Assembly (NCBI GenBank): GCA_963753595.1
Contig: CAVWCX010000001.1
Coordinates: 96,001 to 160,000 of the forward strand
From: Candidatus Methanoperedenaceae archaeon
GTDB taxonomy: Archaea > Halobacteriota > Methanosarcinia > Methanosarcinales > Methanoperedenaceae
Reading direction: 5' to 3'
Length of the DNA stretch: 64,000 nucleotides
The position numbers and the translations under genes were made by a program. Below, one piece after another: positions 51,721-59,531 of the stretch (position 1 is its first letter; the number at the start of each line of letters is the position of its first letter). A model generated the notes under the pieces. It worked only from the letters and a program-made list of their open reading frames with translations. It searched no databases and was not told the origin of the DNA.

Positions 51721-52369
51721 ATGAACCTGAAAAAAATTATTGATGGCCGGGTGATATTTTATATAGCTATAATAGTTATTTTAATTGCATTGAATATCCC
51801 TGTTACGACTTCGGAAACTCATACAGAAAAAGAATTTTACACGGAACAAGAACCGTTCAATCTGACTGAAACATATTATGAGAAGGAATCGTATATAGAT
51901 AATGTACCTTTGAAAATTAATACGAGCCTTGACTGGCATATTACTGACCATCGATATAAAGATGAGTTTGACTTAATTGCAACATTAAAAAACATTGATA
52001 ATTCAAACGGAGAATTTTGGGTTACTTTTCATGTGGAAAGCACAAATGGGTCTTTCGATTACACAACAGACAGGGTATTTTTGAAACCTGCAGAAAGTTT
52101 TCAAATAGAACATGGATTTACAGGTCTTTTCTCATATGTTACCTATAAGGTAAAACAGCCAACCAAAGAAGTAGAAAAAATTCCGGGACATACCTAAAGA
52201 AAGAACGATTACGAGCTATCGCGAGATTGAAAAATCCCGCGAAGTGGTCAGGGTGAAGAAAAATACATTGACCTTCCTTCAACGAATATTGGAGTATCCA
52301 CCGAACTATGAGCCTGAGCCGCCTGTGCAAATACCAACTGAAAATGTAGAAGATAACTGGGAAGAGTAG
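51721..52369 (+). CDS. membrane-anchored hypothetical protein, paralog of 20842 (frameshift in A6 run 52175-52180)
   Basis: Deleting one A gives EVEKFRDIPKERTITSYREIEKSREV...FLQR, matching EVKKYRNVTMKRTETKYRKIQKSRDV...VLQR of the paralog; stop TAG at 52367-52369. Confidence 0.75.
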
Positions 52370-52460
52370 CATGACAATGATTCTAATCCACGGGTCGCAA
52401 TACGGGGGGGAAGTTAATTCCGTTAATCTTATAATTACACAACCCTCAGAGAAGGCTTAT

Positions 52461-53672
52461 ATGAAATTAAGATTTATGAAACTATTTATCTTTTTGTTCG
52501 CAGTAAGTTCAATAATTGGAATGGCATCCGCAAAATGGAATGAACCATATTTCATTTTACCGGATTCTGACCGTCCTTCGATGATACAGGATATGGATGG
52601 GATATACTGGATAGCTTTTAATTCATATACAAACCCTCAAAATATCTGGATAATGAATTCTAATGATAGCATTAATTGGACTAATTTCTATCAGGTTACA
52701 GCCTCAAATCTTACAGATTATGAACCGAATTTGATCCAAGATAATAAAGGCAGGTTCTGGATACTTTTTTCATCTCTTATAGAGATCAGGGGAACATTGA
52801 GTTTCAATTATGATCTGAAACTTACTCATTCTGATAATGGTATTAACTGGTCAGAACCTGTTAATATCACAAATAGCCCATTAATTGAATCATACCCTTA
52901 TATAATGCAGGATAGAACAGGGCGATATTTTATTACATATTCGACTTATAGCAATGAATCAATAAATAATCTGGATATTTATTTGAAATATTCTGATGAT
53001 GGGTTAAAATGGTCACAACCAATAAGGATAACAGATTCCTCTGAAAGTGATATTTTTCCAATCATGATCCAGGATAACAGCGGAAAATACTGGATGCTTT
53101 TTTCCATGAATACTCATGAAAGACATAAGCCTTTATTAAATAAATATGATTTATTTTTAATATATTCAGGAGACGGGATACGCTGGTCAGATGCAGCTGA
53201 GATAACAAATCTGAGCTACAATATCAATTATCCTTATTTCATGCAGGATAAAGAAGGAGTATTCTGGATCCCCCACATGACCGGCATCACAGGGTCTGAA
53301 GAACTCGGGATCATGGGATCATTGAACGGGACTGAATGGACTGACTCTGTTGTATTGTCAAATTATAGTACTGAAGGATATTTCAAGACCGATTATAAGT
53401 CCATGATCCAGGACCGGAATGGAAGCTATATATATGCTTTTACTTCTGCAAAAATCGGGAGGGGAATATGGCTGATGAATGGAACGCCTGACCTGGATTT
53501 CTCAAAGCCCAGAAAGGTGGAATTCAATAATAGCAGGATAACTGCAGAAAACGATACGAAAAACATCATAAGAACCATCCCTGAAAGGAAAAACAATGAG
53601 CTTGGAATAGAATTAGGATCTTTGACCATATTGATTTTCTTTGTAATTGTTATTCTGAAAAGATCATCATGA
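52461..53672 (+). CDS. Asp-box/BNR (sialidase-like fold) beta-propeller surface protein with C-terminal TM
   Basis: Repeats of P.[LIM].QD..G.[YF]W...S.DG..WS; signal peptide from ATG 52461; C-terminal TM + KRSS. Confidence 0.8.
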   Translation: MKLRFMKLFIFLFAVSSIIGMASAKWNEPYFILPDSDRPSMIQDMDGIYWIAFNSYTNPQNIWIMNSNDSINWTNFYQVTASNLTDYEPNLIQDNKGRFWILFSSLIEIRGTLSFNYDLKLTHSDNGINWSEPVNITNSPLIESYPYIMQDRTGRYFITYSTYSNESINNLDIYLKYSDDGLKWSQPIRITDSSESDIFPIMIQDNSGKYWMLFSMNTHERHKPLLNKYDLFLIYSGDGIRWSDAAEITNLSYNINYPYFMQDKEGVFWIPHMTGITGSEELGIMGSLNGTEWTDSVVLSNYSTEGYFKTDYKSMIQDRNGSYIYAFTSAKIGRGIWLMNGTPDLDFSKPRKVEFNNSRITAENDTKNIIRTIPERKNNELGIELGSLTILIFFVIVILKRSS

Positions 53673-53777
53673 TGCACGTTACATGATGATAATGCTACTA
53701 ATCATTTTAATTTTCACGACATATAATAATAGAAAAATTTATAAGGGATAAGGTCTAATTATTTTTTAATATTTCAT

Positions 53778-53790
53778 ATGGATAGGATAG
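53778..53790 (+). promoter_or_regulatory. ATGGATAGGATAG motif, copy 3
   Basis: ~35 nt downstream of AAAAATTTATAA (TATA-like) and upstream of the 43-heme gene. Confidence 0.6.
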
Positions 53791-53864
53791 AAGATTTCAT
53801 TTCTCACTGGATAGAAGTTTTCTTAAAAACATAATGATAAAAATGAAACCAGGGAAAGAATTAT

Positions 53865-56800
53865 ATGGATATGGAAAAAGGGAAGAATAACAAAAGTTTG
53901 AACAGCATTTTTAATATAATTTTAATTTTAATCGTAATTTCAATATATTTTATACCGGCAGCTATGGCGGCAAATCCGCAGATAAAACTTACAACGAACA
54001 GGTATATAATTCTTGACGATCCAAATAAAAATTATTTAAGTGTAACAGCAAATGCAGAAACTGGTTTTGGTTTACCGGGAAGCTGGAGTACGGATGCGTG
54101 GAAAGGTGAATCCACCACAATCCGAGGTGTCGCTCTTGTCCTCAATGCCGATGGCACTCCCGCCAGCGGAGTGACAGTAACCTTCTCTGCCCTTGACTGG
54201 AATGATGCAGCACCAAGAGATCCTCTTAAGAGTGATACGAACAGCAAGACAAATGTAACAAATGACTACGGTCTTGCAACAGTTCCTTTTGATCTTAATA
54301 ATGAGCAGCAATACGGGAGATGGAAAATAACAGCTACAGCAACAGTAGCAGGGACTCCAGTAAGTTCAAGCTCCAATTTCGTTTATAACTGGTGGGGATG
54401 CCAGAACTGCCACGGAAGTCCTTATTCTGGCCAAGGGAGCTCTAAGAGTTATACATCGAGAATAGGAACTGGCAATAGATACGACCCATATTCACCATAT
54501 ATTACAGGAAGAGATTTCCATGCCACGATGTATCGCAGCGACCATGTTGCAGGTTCTTCCGGGGGGTTGAATGAGGGAGAATGCTGGGCATGTCACAATT
54601 CTTATGATAAAGACTTGAACCTGGGACAGGCAAAAGATGTTGATGGTTCTTCGTATTCAGGAAGAGATGCACCTTCAACGTATGGTGTACATACAAATTT
54701 AGCATGTGCTGAGTGTCATAGCATAATAGGAACAAGTTCAGCCGGAATTGACCAGACCGTGAAATCATGCGATGCAACAGGATGTCACATAGGCGCAACA
54801 GATTTTAATTCTCATATAGGGTCTGAAACAGTTACAGCAACCTCTCCCAATAAATATGTAAATTATTCTGGTCTTGATGCCGCACTGGGGTTAAGGTCAT
54901 TCCTCAGTTCTCCATCTTATATTCCAACACCAGCAACCTTCAATTCAAATCCCCTGACAGGAGCAAGAGCCCATACATCAGCCACAGTCCAGAACATCCC
55001 CTGTACGGTATGCCATGGGCCAATGCACAATGTTACAAAACCCAATATCAACACGGTACCAAAGAACACAATTACTGAAGATACACAGTGTACCACATGT
55101 CACCAATCCCTGAAACACTCAAATAATAATCCTGTTTATTGTACGGCATGCCATTCTCAGGATGCTCATAACATTACAGTACTCAGCAAAACAGCAACTT
55201 CCCAGCCTTCTTATGAGTTCCTGGGTTCTACGAATGCGATGACAAATTTGACAACAGATTGCGAGCAGTGCCATGCATCAGGGCCTGAAGCCACATTCTT
55301 TGGCTCATTGACCACGGCTGACAGTGCAGCGTATTCTACAAATTTCGCGCCAGCCACACCAGTGCATAACAGGCATAACGGCACTGTTGCATGTACAGTT
55401 TGTCATGACAATACTAATTTCCACGACATCAAGTTCTTGCAGCCAAATGGCGCATATTCGACTTCCAAGACGACAGCAGTGAAATGCATTGACTGCCATG
55501 ATGGAACAAACTCTGCAGTACGCAGCGTTGTGCAGACCAGGTTCGGTTCATTACCGCCAACAGTAAATGCCAATATGAACCACAGTTCAGATAACGGCGG
55601 TCAGAAATGGGGCTCCTACTGGACAACTCCAAATGAAGCATGTCTCTACTGCCATGGTGAAACGCAGCATAATACATCTGCCATAGGTGCGGCAGGAAGT
55701 GCACTTGGTACTGATAAAGTCGGTGACCCGATTGGTTCAGGCACGGTATGCTCAAGCTGCCATAATCAGGATGACAGCAACTATAATGTCGTGAATTCAC
55801 TTTCCCCTAAACCACCTGCGAATAAAGCAGGATCGAACTATCCATCCAGCGGAGCAGTGGATCACTCAAGCTTTGGTATAACTGATAATGATTGCAAGAA
55901 CTGCCATGGCAGTAACCTTGCTGGCGGTGAGAACATGGTTGGATTCACTCATAATGTAGCCCCGTCTGGTGGAAGTGGCTCATGCGATTCCTGCCACGCA
56001 CAACCGCCCAATGGCGCTTCAAGATATAATACACAAGGCGCTCATACACTACACTCAGCAGCAGGATATGGCAATGTAGCAATCACCGGCTGCAATTACT
56101 GTCATTCGACAGAAGGCGCAAATGAAGCCGGCCATCCCGGAACATTCAATGATGCCACTGTAGTCACTAATTCCTCAGCAACAATCGCGTTATATACTCC
56201 GAACAACCTGAACGGCAAAGACGATACATGCAGTGGTGTCTCCTGCCATACAACCGGTCTTAGCAATGGAGCCAAAGTCGGCACAGCCACCTGGGACTCC
56301 ACAACCGGAGCCTGCAGCAACTGCCACTCCACAGTCCCAAGCGGTCTTCCGCCTACAGGCAACCATACCAAACACTACACCACAGAGAACTACCAGTGCG
56401 CCACCTGTCACGGCACTAATGCCGATGCAGGGACACAGACCGGTCACAAGACCAATGGAGCAATCGACATATCCTTCACAGGTACACTTGCAACCGGCGG
56501 CAGTATCACATCAGGCACATGCGACGTCTATTGTCATTCACCAAACCCCAACGATGTCAAACCCAAACCTGCCTGGAACACATCAACCGTGGTCTGTGGG
56601 GATTGTCACAGCCTTCCGCCCACCACAACACGAAATGGTGTTTCACATACGACCAATACTAACTGCGACATCTGCCATGGAACAGGTGCTTCAACAGGCA
56701 CTCAACTCGGTCACATAGATCGTTCGATCACCACATTGGGAGGCGGCAGTACATGTACAATATGTCATGCCCAGCCACCCAATGATGCAATTGTAACAGA

Positions 56801-59414
56801 TCAGCGCAACAATACCGACGGAGCCCATATCCTGCATAAGAACAAAGGCTATGGTGCAGTTGCCGAAACAAGCTGCAACTATTGTCATAACAATGGTGGA
56901 AGCAACGAAGGTGGAGCCCATCCAAACGGTTTGTACAATGTGGTTACTAATTCCTCAGCAACAATCGCGTTATATACTCCGAACAACCTGAACGGCAAAG
57001 ACGATACATGCGCGGGTGTCTCCTGTCATACAACCGGTCTTAGCAATGGAGCCAAAGTCGGCACATCCACCTGGGACTCCACAACCGGAGCCTGCAGCAA
57101 CTGCCACTCTACAGTCCCAAGCGGTCTTCCGCCTACAGGCAACCATACCAAACACTACACCACAGAAAACTACCAGTGCGCCACCTGTCACGGCACTAAT
57201 GCCGATGCAGGGACACAGACCGGTCACAAGACCAATGGAGCAATCGACATATCCTTCACAGGTACACTTGCAACCGGCGGCAGTATCACATCAGGCACAT
57301 GCGACGTCTATTGTCATTCACCAAACCCCAACGATGTCAAACCCAAACCTGCCTGGAGCACATCAACCGTGGTCTGTGGGGATTGTCACAGCCTTCCGCC
57401 CACCACAACACGAAATGGTGTTTCACATACGACCAATACTAACTGCGACATCTGCCATGGAACAGGTGCTTCAACAGGCACTCAACTCGGTCACATAGAT
57501 CGTTCGATCACCACATTGGGAGGCGGCAGTACATGTACAATATGTCATGCCCAGCCACCCAATGATGCAATTGTAACAGATCAGCGCAACAATACCGACG
57601 GAGCCCATATCCTGCATAAGAACAAAGGCTATGGTGCAGTTGCCGAAACAAGCTGCAACTATTGTCATAACAATGGTGGAAGCAACGAAGGTGGAGCCCA
57701 TCCAAACGGTTTGTACAATGTGGTTACTAATTCCTCAGCAACAATCGCGTTATATACTCCGAACAACCTGAACGGCAAAGACGATACATGCGCGGGTGTC
57801 TCCTGTCATACAACCGGTCTTAGCAATGGAGCCAAAGTCGGCACATCCACCTGGGACTCCACAACCGGAGCCTGCAGCAACTGCCACTCTACAGTCCCAA
57901 GCGGTCTTCCGCCTACAGGCAACCATACCAAACACTACACCACAGAAAACTACCAGTGCGCCACCTGTCACGGCACTAATGCCGATGCAGGGACACAGAC
58001 CGGTCACAAGACCAATGGAGCAATCGACATATCCTTCACAGGTACACTTGCAACCGGCGGCAGTATCACATCAGGCACATGCGACGTCTATTGTCATTCA
58101 CCAAACCCCAACGATGTCAAACCCAAACCTGCCTGGAACACATCAACCGTGGTCTGTGGGGATTGTCACAGCCTTCCGCCCACCACAACACGAAATGGTG
58201 CAACACCACATGCAGGTGTTACGGATTGTGATGTCTGTCACGGTACGGGTGCTAATACAGGAACCCAGAACGGCCATATTAACAGAATTATAGACGTATC
58301 AGGCGGTGGCTGCACAGGATGTCACAGCAATGTTGGTACCGCAAGTCTTGGCCTTCACTCCAATTTAAACGGAACGTCCGCAGTCGATGACGGAGATTGC
58401 CAGACCTGTCATTTTGCTTCATTCCCAATGGTAACCGGTGCGGCAAATAGTTCCAATACGCATTATTGTCAGGATTGTCATACCAGTGCAGGAACAGGAT
58501 CTCCTAAACCGGGTAGTTTAGTATCGGTAAGCCATGGAAAAATCGACTGTAAATGGTGCCATGCGGCAGGCGATCAACCAGCCTCTAAGTATCATTCGAA
58601 TAATCTTGGATCACAGCAAGGACCAAAAGGTACAGCAACAGGAGCGAATTGTGCTACCTGCCACGGTGCTAATCTTCAAGATGTATTTAGAGCTCCGGGA
58701 ATAACACATTTAGGAGATATTACTACTTGTGGTGAATGCCATAGCGGTGCTAACAATCACTTAGTATCAGCGTTAAGCGATTTTTCCTCTCCAACACTTT
58801 CAGGAATACCACTGACAACATCGGTAACGGTCGGAGCACCTGCTCATATCCAGGCTACAGTATCAGACAATATTGTGATGATAGCAGCTGCCCAGTATCA
58901 GGTAACAAATACCTCAGGAACGGTCATTCCATGGACAAATATGACATCCTTGGATGGATTTAATTCAGCAACTGAAACTGTTATTGCATCAATACCTACA
59001 TCAAATCTAATTGGTCCTTATACAGTTAGCATTAAAGGCATGTCTTCAGCATACAAGACTGATCCTTCAAAGCCATATTATCCACTCAATGGTATGTGGA
59101 GCAGCGTTAGTACTGTTCAACTTATTGTTAATCAACCAAAAGGATATGTTAACGGAACAGTTAAAAATGGGACTAATACAATAGCAGGGGCGATAATAAC
59201 CACCAATACAGGTGTTTCCGCGATAACTGACTCGAATGGTAATTATTCCTTGAATCTTGCGTATGGCCCTTATCAATTAATTGCCACCAAGGAGCCGGAA
59301 TATTATTTCAACAACAGTGTAAGTGTAGAGGTTTCAGAAATTCCGGTAGATCAGAATATCATCCTGAATAAGAAACCCACTGGAACTATAAGCGGTACGG
59401 TTAAGAACAAATAA
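53865..59414 (+). CDS. giant extracellular multiheme cytochrome c (~43 sites: 36 CxxCH, 3 Cx3CH, 4 Cx4CH)
   Basis: Signal peptide; N-terminal Ig-like domain; Geobacter-type CxxxxCH...CxxCH units; C-terminal Ig and carboxypeptidase-regulatory-like domains. Manual count. Confidence 0.93.
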   Translation: MDMEKGKNNKSLNSIFNIILILIVISIYFIPAAMAANPQIKLTTNRYIILDDPNKNYLSVTANAETGFGLPGSWSTDAWKGESTTIRGVALVLNADGTPASGVTVTFSALDWNDAAPRDPLKSDTNSKTNVTNDYGLATVPFDLNNEQQYGRWKITATATVAGTPVSSSSNFVYNWWGCQNCHGSPYSGQGSSKSYTSRIGTGNRYDPYSPYITGRDFHATMYRSDHVAGSSGGLNEGECWACHNSYDKDLNLGQAKDVDGSSYSGRDAPSTYGVHTNLACAECHSIIGTSSAGIDQTVKSCDATGCHIGATDFNSHIGSETVTATSPNKYVNYSGLDAALGLRSFLSSPSYIPTPATFNSNPLTGARAHTSATVQNIPCTVCHGPMHNVTKPNINTVPKNTITEDTQCTTCHQSLKHSNNNPVYCTACHSQDAHNITVLSKTATSQPSYEFLGSTNAMTNLTTDCEQCHASGPEATFFGSLTTADSAAYSTNFAPATPVHNRHNGTVACTVCHDNTNFHDIKFLQPNGAYSTSKTTAVKCIDCHDGTNSAVRSVVQTRFGSLPPTVNANMNHSSDNGGQKWGSYWTTPNEACLYCHGETQHNTSAIGAAGSALGTDKVGDPIGSGTVCSSCHNQDDSNYNVVNSLSPKPPANKAGSNYPSSGAVDHSSFGITDNDCKNCHGSNLAGGENMVGFTHNVAPSGGSGSCDSCHAQPPNGASRYNTQGAHTLHSAAGYGNVAITGCNYCHSTEGANEAGHPGTFNDATVVTNSSATIALYTPNNLNGKDDTCSGVSCHTTGLSNGAKVGTATWDSTTGACSNCHSTVPSGLPPTGNHTKHYTTENYQCATCHGTNADAGTQTGHKTNGAIDISFTGTLATGGSITSGTCDVYCHSPNPNDVKPKPAWNTSTVVCGDCHSLPPTTTRNGVSHTTNTNCDICHGTGASTGTQLGHIDRSITTLGGGSTCTICHAQPPNDAIVTDQRNNTDGAHILHKNKGYGAVAETSCNYCHNNGGSNEGGAHPNGLYNVVTNSSATIALYTPNNLNGKDDTCAGVSCHTTGLSNGAKVGTSTWDSTTGACSNCHSTVPSGLPPTGNHTKHYTTENYQCATCHGTNADAGTQTGHKTNGAIDISFTGTLATGGSITSGTCDVYCHSPNPNDVKPKPAWSTSTVVCGDCHSLPPTTTRNGVSHTTNTNCDICHGTGASTGTQLGHIDRSITTLGGGSTCTICHAQPPNDAIVTDQRNNTDGAHILHKNKGYGAVAETSCNYCHNNGGSNEGGAHPNGLYNVVTNSSATIALYTPNNLNGKDDTCAGVSCHTTGLSNGAKVGTSTWDSTTGACSNCHSTVPSGLPPTGNHTKHYTTENYQCATCHGTNADAGTQTGHKTNGAIDISFTGTLATGGSITSGTCDVYCHSPNPNDVKPKPAWNTSTVVCGDCHSLPPTTTRNGATPHAGVTDCDVCHGTGANTGTQNGHINRIIDVSGGGCTGCHSNVGTASLGLHSNLNGTSAVDDGDCQTCHFASFPMVTGAANSSNTHYCQDCHTSAGTGSPKPGSLVSVSHGKIDCKWCHAAGDQPASKYHSNNLGSQQGPKGTATGANCATCHGANLQDVFRAPGITHLGDITTCGECHSGANNHLVSALSDFSSPTLSGIPLTTSVTVGAPAHIQATVSDNIVMIAAAQYQVTNTSGTVIPWTNMTSLDGFNSATETVIASIPTSNLIGPYTVSIKGMSSAYKTDPSKPYYPLNGMWSSVSTVQLIVNQPKGYVNGTVKNGTNTIAGAIITTNTGVSAITDSNGNYSLNLAYGPYQLIATKEPEYYFNNSVSVEVSEIPVDQNIILNKKPTGTISGTVKNK
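56166..58200 (+). repeat. ~2.6 copies of a nearly perfect 780-nt (260-aa, 8-heme) tandem repeat
   Basis: ACTAATTCCTCAGCAACAATCGCG at 56166, 56946 and 57726; only a handful of substitutions between copies. Confidence 0.95.
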
Positions 59415-59531
59415 TATTGAATGATAGGAATATATTGGAGCGAAATATTCTTTCGCTCTTTTTTTTTAATGTATTTTTATAAAAAAAATAATGAGATAGT
59501 TTTATCTATTAAAACGTTCATTTTATTTTTG

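Noticed and set aside
53778-53834. MDRI-starting upstream ORFs as conserved leader peptides (also 27687, 27814)
   Set aside because: No similarity beyond the four codons fixed by the nucleotide motif; treated as a nucleotide element instead.
56233-58293. Repeated 160-aa Pro/Gln-rich alternative-frame ORFs and antisense ORFs (similar ones at 44601-49639)
   Set aside because: By-products of the tandem repeats and codon bias of the real genes.
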